Shown here in pieces: positions 19,909-29,676 of a stretch of DNA of 64,000 nucleotides (position 1 is the first letter of the stretch; every line of letters starts with the position of its first letter). A model generated the notes under the pieces. That model saw nothing but the letters and a program-made list of their open reading frames with translations. It was not told the origin of the DNA and searched no databases. This DNA is from Candidatus Buchananbacteria bacterium (GTDB taxonomy: Bacteria; Patescibacteriota; Patescibacteriia; 2-01-FULL-39-33): the NCBI GenBank assembly GCA_041666945.1, contig JBAYFY010000001.1, positions 182,627 through 246,626 on the forward strand. Direction: 5' to 3'. The position numbers were made by a program, and so were the translations under genes.

Positions 19909-20973
19909 ATGACTATTTGTTATTTTGGAATTTATGACCCCGGCTACAGCCGCAACAGGATTTTGCTGGCTGGCTTGCGTTTAAACAATATTAAAGTGAT
20001 TGAATGCCGGACTGCCGTTAAGGGACCGCTGAAATATTGGGACCTAATCGGTAAACACTGGTCAATCAGGAAAAAGTATGATATCATGATCGTTGGCTTC
20101 CCGGGGTTTCAGGCGATGATTTTGGCCCGATTCTTGACTTCTAAACCGATAATTTTTGACGCTTTTTATTCCTTTTTTGATTCCATGGTTGAAGACAGGA
20201 AAATCGTCAAAGCCCGGAGTTTCAGGGGCGGGTATTATTGGTTTTTGGATTGGCTGTCTTGCCGTTTGGCCGATAAGATTTTGTTAGATACCAACGCTCA
20301 TATTGATTATTTTGTAAAAAAATTAAAACTGGAACGAAGCAAATTTTTCCGAGTCCTGGTCGGTTGCGACGATAAAGTGATTTTCCCCGAGCCGCTTAGG
20401 AAAAAGGATTATTTTCTGGTTCATTTCCATGGCAGTTTCATTCCCTTGCAAGGCGTAGAGTATATTATTGAAGCGGCAAAAATTTTGGAAAATGAAAATA
20501 TCAAATTTAATATTATCGGCCGCGGCCAGACCTATGGAGAGATTATTGATTTGGCGCGCCGCCGGCAAATCCATAATGTTAATTTTTTAGAGCCGGTTCC
20601 CCTTGAAACCCTAAGGGATTATTTGGCACAAGCCGATCTCTGCCTGGGCGTATTCGGTTGCACCGATAAAGCCAAAAGAGTCATTCCCAATAAAGTTTAT
20701 GAAGGTTTGGCGGCGCGGCGGCCGGTTCTGACCGGTGATTCTCCGGCCGTCAGGGAGTTGCTTACGGACGGGCGGACTGCGGTTTTTTGCCGCTTGGCCG
20801 ATGCTCAAGATCTGGCCGCCAAGATTTTGGAGTTGAGAGAGGGGAGAATTGATTACGAAACGATTGCCGCCAACGGTTATGAAGTTTATCAGCGATTATG
20901 CCGGCCGGAGATCTTGGTCAAACAATTGTTAGATAGCCGTTTATTTGAAGGATTATTGAATCGAAAAAAATAA
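19909..20973 (+). CDS. Glycosyltransferase family 4
   Basis: 'FHGSFIPLQGVEYI', 'RVIPNKVYEGLA'. ATG at 19909 preferred over ORF-track 19846, which overlaps the upstream gene. Confidence 0.88.
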   Translation: MTICYFGIYDPGYSRNRILLAGLRLNNIKVIECRTAVKGPLKYWDLIGKHWSIRKKYDIMIVGFPGFQAMILARFLTSKPIIFDAFYSFFDSMVEDRKIVKARSFRGGYYWFLDWLSCRLADKILLDTNAHIDYFVKKLKLERSKFFRVLVGCDDKVIFPEPLRKKDYFLVHFHGSFIPLQGVEYIIEAAKILENENIKFNIIGRGQTYGEIIDLARRRQIHNVNFLEPVPLETLRDYLAQADLCLGVFGCTDKAKRVIPNKVYEGLAARRPVLTGDSPAVRELLTDGRTAVFCRLADAQDLAAKILELREGRIDYETIAANGYEVYQRLCRPEILVKQLLDSRLFEGLLNRKK

Positions 20974-20975
20974 TT

Positions 20976-23135
20976 ATGCTAAAAATCAATCAGGATAAGG
21001 ATTTAATTTTTATTTTGCCGCCCAAACGACTCAAAGAGCATCGTTATTCTTTGGGCTTGATGTATATCTCCGGCTATTTGCGGGATCATGGTTTTGACAA
21101 TTTGATTATTGACGGAAAATTCATTGCTACCCGGGGTTATCAATATGATAATCGCGAAAGGGCCAAGGAAGAAATCATCAAGGCGGTTGTGGAACTCAAG
21201 CCGCAAGTAATCGGTTTTACGGCTACGACTATGGAAATCGCCGAAGCCGTAGAAATGAATCGGAGAATCAAAGCGGAACTCGAAGTGTTCTCAATAATCG
21301 GCGGACCTCAAGCCACAGCCGATCCGGCCGGCGTGATTAATTCCGGTTTTGACGTGGCCGTTATCGGCGAAGGTGAAAAAACCGCGCTGGAATTGATGGA
21401 AGAGCTGCAAAAAGAACAACCGGATTTGCAAAGAGTGCGAGGCATTGCCTGGCCGGATCAAAACAATAATGTTGTCATTAATGAGCAGCGCGAGTACATG
21501 GATTTAACTGATTTGAGTTTGCCGGCTTATGATAAAGTGAACATGGCTTACTATACCAAGATCTGGGACGATATTATCAGGGGCATCCCCATGAAGGCGG
21601 TTATGGTCATGGCCTCTCGGGGCTGTCCGTATAGCTGCACCTTTTGCGCCTGCAACCAAGTTTTCGGGCGTCAGGTGCGTTACCGCGATTTGGAAAACAT
21701 CAAAAAAGAAATCAACCTTTTAAAAAATGAATATAACGTTGAGGGAATTTGGTTTGCTGACGACACTTTGACGACTAATTACGATCACGTGAGGAAAATC
21801 TGCCGGATTATGAAGGAGTCCGGTTTGTATTGGGGCGCGCAATCGCGGGTGGATTTGGTTAATGAGGAAATTATTAAGTTAATGGCTGAAAGCGGTTGTT
21901 TGCAGCTTGATTTTGGCGTGGAATCTGGCAGTCAGCGGGTTTTGGATGAAATCATCAATAAAAGAATAAAATTATCCGACGTGGAAAAGGCCTTTGAACT
22001 CTGCCAGAAATATGGCATTCGCCGAGAAGCGGGCTTTATGATCGGTTTGCCGAACGAAACCAAGGAAGAGATGCGACAAACTTTTGAATTCGCCAAAAAA
22101 ATCAAAGCCGATCATTACTCTTTCAGTATCTTTACCGCCCTGCCGGGAACGAAACTTTTCAATGATTTTTTTAAAGATCGCATCAGTGTCGCCGATTATT
22201 GCAATTTTTCTTTTTTTCAAAGCCAGGATAAATTCAATCGTTCCGGCGTCAGCGATTCCCAAGAATTAGAAAAATTATTCGAGGGTTGGCGCCAGGGCAT
22301 ATTTGAAGGCGTAAAAAAGAGAGGTTTGACCCATTTTTTAAGATTAGCGGCGATTTGGTTTAAACTGGGTAATAAAAAAGAACGCTGGGATTTTATATTC
22401 TTTAAAATTAAACGGGCTTTCAAATATTATTTTGGCAAGATTAGTAAAGGCATAGCGCGATCGTTTTTTTTCGAAGGTACGCGGCGCCCCGATTTTAAAA
22501 ATATTTCCAAGCATTTGGACTATAATCAGTATTGGCTGGAACGAGGATTCAAATTACGCAGCAAATTGATGGAAAGGGAAGTAATCTTTTTGGATTGGAT
22601 TAATCGGGGAGCGAAAGTTTTGGATTTGGGCTGCGGCAGTTCCCGTTTGCCTTACGAACTGAAAGAAAAGAAGGGTTGCCAAGTCAGCGGCCTGGATATT
22701 TCCAGTTTAGTGATTGATAATTTAAAGCGAGCCGGCATTGGCGGGGTAGTGGCTGATATTGAAAGCCCTGATTTTCACTTGGCCGATCAATATGATTACA
22801 TTGTTATTTCGGAAGTTTTGGAACACATCAAATATCCCGAAAATTTAATCGCTAAGATAAAGAATAGCGCCGACTATTTGGCGATTTCAATTCCCAATTC
22901 CGCTTTTTACCGTTATCGTTTCGGATTGATGTTCGGGGGTAGATTTTTTACCCAATGGATGACCCATCCGGCCGAACATCTGCGTTTTTGGAGCCATAAT
23001 GATTTTTTGCTTTGGCTGAACGATCTGGGTTTGGAAGTCGTTAAGTTTAAGTCGTCCAACGGTTTCCGTTTTAAGGACGTCTGGCCCAACATGTTCGGGC
23101 ATCAAATTTGCTATTTGGTAAAAACAAAAAAATGA
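20976..23135 (+). CDS. Fusion: B12-binding radical SAM (#3) + C-terminal class I methyltransferase (MetW-like)
   Basis: 'GGPQAT', 'GEGE', 'ASRGCPYSCTFC', 'GVESGS'; C-terminal 'VLDLGCGS', 'SEVLEHI', 'SIPN', 'HLRFW'. Confidence 0.88.
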   Translation: MLKINQDKDLIFILPPKRLKEHRYSLGLMYISGYLRDHGFDNLIIDGKFIATRGYQYDNRERAKEEIIKAVVELKPQVIGFTATTMEIAEAVEMNRRIKAELEVFSIIGGPQATADPAGVINSGFDVAVIGEGEKTALELMEELQKEQPDLQRVRGIAWPDQNNNVVINEQREYMDLTDLSLPAYDKVNMAYYTKIWDDIIRGIPMKAVMVMASRGCPYSCTFCACNQVFGRQVRYRDLENIKKEINLLKNEYNVEGIWFADDTLTTNYDHVRKICRIMKESGLYWGAQSRVDLVNEEIIKLMAESGCLQLDFGVESGSQRVLDEIINKRIKLSDVEKAFELCQKYGIRREAGFMIGLPNETKEEMRQTFEFAKKIKADHYSFSIFTALPGTKLFNDFFKDRISVADYCNFSFFQSQDKFNRSGVSDSQELEKLFEGWRQGIFEGVKKRGLTHFLRLAAIWFKLGNKKERWDFIFFKIKRAFKYYFGKISKGIARSFFFEGTRRPDFKNISKHLDYNQYWLERGFKLRSKLMEREVIFLDWINRGAKVLDLGCGSSRLPYELKEKKGCQVSGLDISSLVIDNLKRAGIGGVVADIESPDFHLADQYDYIVISEVLEHIKYPENLIAKIKNSADYLAISIPNSAFYRYRFGLMFGGRFFTQWMTHPAEHLRFWSHNDFLLWLNDLGLEVVKFKSSNGFRFKDVWPNMFGHQICYLVKTKK

Positions 23136-24250
23136 AAATAATTTATTTAGCCAACATCAGAATGCCGACCGAAAAAGCCCATGGTTGGCAAATCATGAAA
23201 ATGTGCGGGACCTTCTCCGCCTTGGGCCACCAAGTTGAATTAGTGGTCCCGCGGCGCCTTAATAATCTTAAGGCCGATCCTTTCGCGTACTATAATTTGC
23301 CGCCTAACTTCAAAATTACCAAATTGCCTTGTTTGGACCTGATTTTTCTGGATAAAATCATCGGCAATCTGGCATTTTGGCTGGCCACCGCGACTTTTTT
23401 GCTGGCCAGCAGATGCTACGTGTTTTTTAGGGAATATGATATTATATATACGCGCGAAGAACAATTCGGCTTATTTTTTAAATCGGCTTTTTTAGAACTC
23501 CACTCTTTACCCGCCGCCAGCAAATCGTATCATCGCCTTTTTTGGCGGCGTTTTAAGCGAATTATCGTTCTGACTGATTTCATTAAAACCGCTTTAATAA
23601 ATAACGGAATTGCCGCCTCTGAAATATTGATTGCTCCCGATGGCGTTGATTTGGCCGATTTTGATTTGGCTCTTTCAGCGCCGGCCGCCAGAAACAAAGT
23701 TAATCTGCCTTTAGATAAAAAACTGATTGTTTATACCGGCCATCTTTACGGCTGGAAGGGGGCTCAAGTTTTGGCTGAAGCCGCTAAATATTTGCCCGCC
23801 CAAGCCCTGGTCGTCTTTATCGGCGGCACCGAGGAAGATGTCAGGACGTTTCAAAAGAAAAACGAGGGCAACGCCAATATTTTAATTCTGGGTCATCAAC
23901 CTCATCAACAGATTCCGTTTTATTTGAAAGCCGCCGACGTTCTGGTTTTGCCGAATTCCGGAAAAGAAAAAATTTCTCAGTTTTATACCTCACCGCTTAA
24001 ACTTTTTGAATATTTAGCCAGCGGCGCGCCCCTGGTCGCTTCTAATTTGCCGTCGCTTCGGGAAATTTTAAATGAGCAGAACGCCGTTTTGGTTGAACCG
24101 GATAATCCTCGCCTGTTAGCGGAGGGGATCAGTAAGGTTTTAACACAGCGGCAATTGGCCGAGGCCATTTCCCGCCAGGCCCACAATGACGCCCAAAAGT
24201 ACAGCTGGGAAAAGAGAACTGAAAAGATTATTTCTTTCTTTAATTCATAA
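23132..24250 (+). CDS. Glycosyltransferase family 4
   Basis: 'YTGHLYGWKG', 'SPLKLFEYLASGAPLVASNLP'. ATG at 23132 overlaps the upstream stop (ATGA). Confidence 0.9.
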   Translation: MKIIYLANIRMPTEKAHGWQIMKMCGTFSALGHQVELVVPRRLNNLKADPFAYYNLPPNFKITKLPCLDLIFLDKIIGNLAFWLATATFLLASRCYVFFREYDIIYTREEQFGLFFKSAFLELHSLPAASKSYHRLFWRRFKRIIVLTDFIKTALINNGIAASEILIAPDGVDLADFDLALSAPAARNKVNLPLDKKLIVYTGHLYGWKGAQVLAEAAKYLPAQALVVFIGGTEEDVRTFQKKNEGNANILILGHQPHQQIPFYLKAADVLVLPNSGKEKISQFYTSPLKLFEYLASGAPLVASNLPSLREILNEQNAVLVEPDNPRLLAEGISKVLTQRQLAEAISRQAHNDAQKYSWEKRTEKIISFFNS

Positions 24251-24259
24251 ACAGCCGAA

Positions 24260-24916
24260 ATGTTCAAAGAATTTTTAACCGCCAAATTAACCAGAAAAAA
24301 AATAGACAACTTCGTCGCTCGCTACGCTTCGGCCGACAAATTGGTTTTGGATTTGGGCTGCGGCGACGCTGCTTATAAGGATTTGTTTCCCCGGCGAATC
24401 GGTTTTGACCATCGGCCGGGAGTTAATGTTGATGTCGTCGGCGATGCCCATCAATTGCCTTTTGCCGACGAAAAATTTGATTTAATCCTGTGTACGGAAT
24501 TATTAGAACATGTTCATTCGCCGGTTGTGGTCATAAAAGAGATGAAAAGAGTATTAAAGCCCGGCGGACTGCTGCTTTTGACTACCAGATTCGTTTTTCC
24601 CCTCCATGACGTGCCGAATGATTATTATCGTTTCACCAAATACGGCTTGAAGTTTTTATTCAGCGAGGGCTGGGAAATTTTAGAATTACAGGACGAGGCC
24701 TCAACTAAGGATACTTTGGCCATACTCTTGCAGCGCATCGGCTTTCAAGCCGATTTATTCGGCGGTCCCATAATGAAAGTGCCCCTATTCTTATCAGTTA
24801 AGCTATTATATTTCTTGCCCTCGCTGATTAAAAAGGAATTCGGCGATATCAGGCATTCGCGTCCGGAAAAAAATATTTTATCCAGCGGTTATTATTTAGC
24901 TTGTAAAAAAAAATAA
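24260..24916 (+). CDS. Class I SAM-dependent methyltransferase (Methyltransf_11-like)
   Basis: 'VLDLGCG', 'GDAHQLPF', 'TELLEHV', 'LKPGG', 'DYYRFT'. Confidence 0.9.
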   Translation: MFKEFLTAKLTRKKIDNFVARYASADKLVLDLGCGDAAYKDLFPRRIGFDHRPGVNVDVVGDAHQLPFADEKFDLILCTELLEHVHSPVVVIKEMKRVLKPGGLLLLTTRFVFPLHDVPNDYYRFTKYGLKFLFSEGWEILELQDEASTKDTLAILLQRIGFQADLFGGPIMKVPLFLSVKLLYFLPSLIKKEFGDIRHSRPEKNILSSGYYLACKKK

Positions 24917-24920
24917 TGTT

Positions 24921-25616
24921 ATGAAAATCAATAAACTTTCCATTGTTATCCCGGCTTATAATGAAGCAAAAACCATTGAAGCCATCTTGCAAAGAGTGGC
25001 GGAAGCCGATTTGGGCGTAGCCAAAGAAATCATCGTGATTAATGACGGTTCCAGCGATAATTCCAAGGAGGTGCTGGATCGTTACCGGGATAAATACGTT
25101 ATTATCCATTTCTCGCAAAATCAAGGCAAGGGAGCGGGTGTGGCTGCCGGTTACCAGGTGGCGACTGGCGATTACATCGTGGTGCAGGACGCCGATTTGG
25201 AATATGATCCGAATGATTTGAAGAAATTAATAAACGAAGTGGAAAATTGCGGCGCTCAAGCGGTTTACGGTTCCAGGCGCTTGGGGCTGACCAGAAAGAA
25301 AAGCCCTAAAGCCGGTTGGTTTTATTATTTGGGCGGAGTTTATCTGACCTGGTTGACAAATTTCCTTTATGGCACGGCCATAACCGATGAGGCGACTTGC
25401 TATAAGATGGTCAGCAAGCAAGTTCTGGATAAGATAAACATTAAAGCCAAGGGTTTTGAATTCTGTCCGGAAGTAACGGCTAAAATTTCCCGGCAGGGCG
25501 TTAAAATCTATGAAGTGCCGATCTCTTATATTCCCCGCTCGCAAGAAGAAGGCAAAAAAATAAAACTTCGCGACGGTTTAATCGCCATTTGGACATTAAT
25601 CAAATATCGTTTTTAA
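24921..25616 (+). CDS. Glycosyltransferase family 2 (DPM1-like)
   Basis: 'SIVIPAYNE', 'NDGSSD', 'QDADLEYDP', 'TDEATCYK'; paralogue of 16826..17521. Confidence 0.92.
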   Translation: MKINKLSIVIPAYNEAKTIEAILQRVAEADLGVAKEIIVINDGSSDNSKEVLDRYRDKYVIIHFSQNQGKGAGVAAGYQVATGDYIVVQDADLEYDPNDLKKLINEVENCGAQAVYGSRRLGLTRKKSPKAGWFYYLGGVYLTWLTNFLYGTAITDEATCYKMVSKQVLDKINIKAKGFEFCPEVTAKISRQGVKIYEVPISYIPRSQEEGKKIKLRDGLIAIWTLIKYRF

Positions 25617-25647
25617 TTTTTATCGTCTTTATTTTTAATTTATCGTT

Positions 25648-27111
25648 ATGAAAATAATTTTAGTCCAACCCCCGCTTACTTTGGAAGAGAGGTATGGAAT
25701 AAAAAGCAAAAGCGGAGGAGAGTCCATTCCCTTGGGGTTGGTATATTTAGCCGCCGCCGCCAGAGCGGCCGGGCATCAAGTGGATATTATTGATGCGGAG
25801 ATTTTAAATTTGAATACGGCCTCGACGGTAGAAAAGATTTTGGCGGCTGATCCCGCCGTTGTCGGTTTTACGGCAGTCACCATTTCAATAGACAACGCGG
25901 CGGCAGTCGCTCGGGAAATAAAAAAAATCAAACCGGAAATAATCACGTTAATCGGCGGCCATCATTTAAGCACGGCGCCGGAGGAGACCCTGAAACTTTA
26001 TCCTCAATTCGATTTGGGAATCATCGGCGAAGGCGAGAAAACTTTGGTGGAGCTGTTAGCGGCATTGGCCCGGGGCGCTTGGGATAAAAATCAGCTAAGG
26101 GAGATTAACGGTTTGATTTTTAAATCCGATGATTCCGATGAATTTATCATTACGGCTCCGCGAGACAGAATTATTGATTTGGACACCTTGCCGCAGCCGG
26201 CTTTTGACCTGTTGCCGGATTTAATCAAATACTCTCCGCCGGTTCACACGGTTAAAAAATTTCCCGCCTCCACCTTAGTCACCTCGCGAGGTTGTCCCGG
26301 CCAATGCACTTTCTGCACCAGAAGCGTTTACGGCAATATCCTGTCATCCCATTCGGCGGAATATATGATGGAATTGGTTTTATTGCTTTATCATAAATAC
26401 GGCATCAGAGAGATCCAATTTCGCGACGACAATTTTACGGTTTTCAAACCGCGCCTTTACAAATTCTGCGAACTGTTGAAAAAGGAAAAATTGGATTTGG
26501 TTTGGACGGCCCTGGCTCGCGTTGATATGGTTGAACCGGAGATGTTTAAAGCGATGAAAGCGGCCGGCTGTTGGCAGGTTTGGTATGGCGTGGAGTCGGG
26601 CAATGAAAATATTTTGAAATTAATCAAAAAAAACACTACCAAGGAACAGATTAGAAACGCCATTAACTGGACGAAGAAAGCGGGAATCGACGTGGGAGCG
26701 TTTTTTATCATGGGTCATCCCGGAGAAACCAAAGAAACGCTGCAGGAAACCATTGATTTTGCCTTAACTTTAAAAATAGACGAATTTCATTGCACCCTCA
26801 TGACGCCCTTGCCCGGTTCGGAGATCAGCGGCAATTACTCCCGCTACGGGACATTTGAAAAAAATTGGAAAAAAATGAATGAATGGGAGCCGGTTTTCGT
26901 GCCCTTCGGCTTAACGAAAGAGGAACTGATAAAATACAACAGATTATTTTTCCGTAAATTTTATTTCCGCCCCCGGATCGTTCTAAATTATATGAAACGC
27001 TTGAGAAGTCCCAAGCATGTTAAAATTTATTTTTTGGGTTTTTTGGCGCTTTGTGAATGGATTATTAGCGGTAAAAAGCGGCAAGAACAGAAAATCGTAT
27101 GTCAACAATAA
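25648..27111 (+). CDS. B12-binding domain radical SAM protein #4
   Basis: 'PLGLVYLAA', 'GGHHLS', 'GEGE', 'TSRGCPGQCTFC', 'GVESGN', 'GHPGET'. Confidence 0.92.
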   Translation: MKIILVQPPLTLEERYGIKSKSGGESIPLGLVYLAAAARAAGHQVDIIDAEILNLNTASTVEKILAADPAVVGFTAVTISIDNAAAVAREIKKIKPEIITLIGGHHLSTAPEETLKLYPQFDLGIIGEGEKTLVELLAALARGAWDKNQLREINGLIFKSDDSDEFIITAPRDRIIDLDTLPQPAFDLLPDLIKYSPPVHTVKKFPASTLVTSRGCPGQCTFCTRSVYGNILSSHSAEYMMELVLLLYHKYGIREIQFRDDNFTVFKPRLYKFCELLKKEKLDLVWTALARVDMVEPEMFKAMKAAGCWQVWYGVESGNENILKLIKKNTTKEQIRNAINWTKKAGIDVGAFFIMGHPGETKETLQETIDFALTLKIDEFHCTLMTPLPGSEISGNYSRYGTFEKNWKKMNEWEPVFVPFGLTKEELIKYNRLFFRKFYFRPRIVLNYMKRLRSPKHVKIYFLGFLALCEWIISGKKRQEQKIVCQQ

Positions 27112-29663
27112 AAAGCATTTTTTCCCGGTACCGATCATGGCTGATTATTGCCGCCGCTTTTTTGGCGGTGCGAATTTTGGTTTTTATCACTTTTTGGCAG
27201 GCCAGCGTAAGTCGGGGCGGTTGGCAGAATTTTTATAACCAAGCCCAGCCGGCGGTCTCCGTGTTGCTGGGTATTTTCCATGATTACTGCGATTGGCATC
27301 CGCCGCTTTATTATATGGCAACTTCCGTTTTATTGCATTGGCTGGGAGGGGAGTGGATGATTTATCTGGCGCAGGTGGCCTTAGCTTTCGTGACTTTATT
27401 CATCGGTTATAAACTGATCCGCTTGTTTTTTAGCGAAAGGATTTCTTTGTTGGTCACTTTTTTAGTCGCCATTGAACCTTATTGGGCTTGGCACAATTTT
27501 TTATTAGTCAGTGAAAATCTCGCCATCCCGCTGTTTTTGGGCGGCGTTTATTATTTTTTGAAATTTTTTCTATTTCCGGAAAATAAGCAATTAATGATTA
27601 GCGGGTTATTGCTGGGCTTGTCTACTTTGGTCAGGCAAAACACCTCGCCTTTGATGGCGATTCTGCCGGTTTTTCTCATCTTGGCCTATGTTTTTCGAAA
27701 AATATTAGCTTTAAAGGAATTGGAGCGGATTAATTGGCGCAAAATAGTTTTAGGCGCCGCCGCTTTTATTTTGGTTTTTGCCGCCGTTATCTCGCCTATT
27801 TTAATCAAGAATAAGATTGTTTATCAACGCTTGACCCTGGTTAATTTATTGGCGACGAATATTTATTTTTATAATCTGCCGGCGTTGATTTCTTATCAGA
27901 AACAAATTCCCTATGCTGATGCCTACAATCTTATCGTTAAGCAAGCTGATGACGCTTTGGGAGCGAATATTGGCAATCAAGGCGACTGCCTGTCGGTTAG
28001 TTTGCCTGAATTCAACCGTGAATTGGATTATTACAGCCAAACGGCCAAAACCTACATCTTAGGTAATTTTGCCGATTACCTCAAAGTGCATTTGATCAGA
28101 ACAGTGCCTTTCTTTTTCCAGCCCGGCTATTTTGAAATGTGGTCGGCTTACACCGGGGAATTTTCCAAACCGGATATTACCGGTTTCATTTTAAACGGCA
28201 ATTGGCAGGGGATTTTTGATTTTCTCAAGCAGATTAATCTTAAATTATTGACGTACTTTTCCGGCATCGCCCTGTGGGGCATCTGTTCCGTCGCCTTGCT
28301 TGCGGCCTTGGTTTACTCGTGTTTTAAAGATCGGGACAAACTGCTGTTTTTCGTTTTTTCGGCCATGATTATCCTTTATACCGCTTTGATGGTGTCGCCT
28401 TTTGTTTTGGCGCGTTATCGTTTGCCGGTTTATATTTTTTTCTTCTCTGCTTTAGCTTATTGCTGCGGCCTGCTTTTGGTCTTTTTGAAAAAGAATAAAC
28501 ATCAGGTGAAAAAAATTATTAAAGCTGTACCGATAATTTCTCCCTTAGCGAAATTATTTTATGATTGGCGCCGCGATAAACTGGCCGACGGCAAGATTAA
28601 AAAATTTATTGAATTGTCGGAACTGCCTTTTAAAACCGTCGCTCCGCCGATTTATGAAATCGGTTATGAGCCGACAATCAAATGCAATTTGCGTTGCAAG
28701 ATGTGCTATCAGGGCGAGAACAGGAATTTGCGCCAGCAGGAACTGTCAACCGAACAAATCCTGGAGGTTTTTAAAAAGATATCCGGTAAAACCAAAGAAA
28801 TAAAACTGGTCGGCGGCGAACCTTTCGCGCGACAGGATATTTTGGAACTGATTGCTTTTTGGGATTCTTTAGGCAAGAGAGTAATCCTCCAGACCAATTG
28901 CACGCTTATTAATGAGGATAATATTGATCGCTTGGCCGAATATAAACATTTGACCGATATTTTAACCTCATTAGACGGTCCCAAGGAATTGCATGATGCC
29001 ATTAGGGGCGTGCCAGGGACCTTTGACAGATTGGAGCGCGCTCTGGGGCTTTTACGGGTCAAGATGCCCCAGGTTCCGATTACTATTTTTGCCACCTTGC
29101 TGATTAATGACAACGTTGATAATTTTTTTGAATTAATCGATACGACCAAAAAATTAGGCATTACCACAATCAATGTTTTGTTTGAGCAGGTTTATTCAGC
29201 GGAAGAGGTCGCTCAAACCAAAAATATTTTTAATCAAGAATTCGGCTGGGAGGACGGCCGCGATTATCGTCTGAATACGCAGGTTCGGAATCCGATTTTC
29301 CCCTCCGATCTTGATGCCGGCGAATTGAAGAAAAAATTAGCTAAAATCAGATCGTATGGCCTTAAAAACGGTTGTTTCGTTAATTTTTCTCCGTTTAATT
29401 ACTACCACAATCTGCCGCAATATCTGGGTCGCCAGCCCGCCAGGCCCTTCTGTTTGAAACTGCTGCAGCCGGAATTGCGCATTAATCAGCGCGGCGAGGT
29501 TGTCTGGTGCGATATTATTGAGAAATCATTTGGCAATCTGTTGGATAAAACCCCGGATGAGATTTGGCTGTCTGATGATTATCAGAAATTCCGCCAGTAT
29601 TTGTTCAAGCATTCATTGTCCGTTTGTTCCAGATGTTGCAAGGCGGTTTATATTAATAATTAA
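27099..29663 (+). CDS. Fusion: GT-C-like (PMT/ArnT-type) membrane domain + radical SAM/twitch-SPASM domain
   Basis: N-terminal ~460 aa multi-TM ('DWHPPLYY', 'LVSENL', 'ARYRLP'); C-terminal 'CNLRCKMC', 'GGEP', 'SLDGPKELHDAIRG', distal Cys 'FC...WC...CSRCC'. Confidence 0.85.
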   Translation: MSTIKSIFSRYRSWLIIAAAFLAVRILVFITFWQASVSRGGWQNFYNQAQPAVSVLLGIFHDYCDWHPPLYYMATSVLLHWLGGEWMIYLAQVALAFVTLFIGYKLIRLFFSERISLLVTFLVAIEPYWAWHNFLLVSENLAIPLFLGGVYYFLKFFLFPENKQLMISGLLLGLSTLVRQNTSPLMAILPVFLILAYVFRKILALKELERINWRKIVLGAAAFILVFAAVISPILIKNKIVYQRLTLVNLLATNIYFYNLPALISYQKQIPYADAYNLIVKQADDALGANIGNQGDCLSVSLPEFNRELDYYSQTAKTYILGNFADYLKVHLIRTVPFFFQPGYFEMWSAYTGEFSKPDITGFILNGNWQGIFDFLKQINLKLLTYFSGIALWGICSVALLAALVYSCFKDRDKLLFFVFSAMIILYTALMVSPFVLARYRLPVYIFFFSALAYCCGLLLVFLKKNKHQVKKIIKAVPIISPLAKLFYDWRRDKLADGKIKKFIELSELPFKTVAPPIYEIGYEPTIKCNLRCKMCYQGENRNLRQQELSTEQILEVFKKISGKTKEIKLVGGEPFARQDILELIAFWDSLGKRVILQTNCTLINEDNIDRLAEYKHLTDILTSLDGPKELHDAIRGVPGTFDRLERALGLLRVKMPQVPITIFATLLINDNVDNFFELIDTTKKLGITTINVLFEQVYSAEEVAQTKNIFNQEFGWEDGRDYRLNTQVRNPIFPSDLDAGELKKKLAKIRSYGLKNGCFVNFSPFNYYHNLPQYLGRQPARPFCLKLLQPELRINQRGEVVWCDIIEKSFGNLLDKTPDEIWLSDDYQKFRQYLFKHSLSVCSRCCKAVYINN

Positions 29664-29676
29664 TCTTAAAGGCAAA

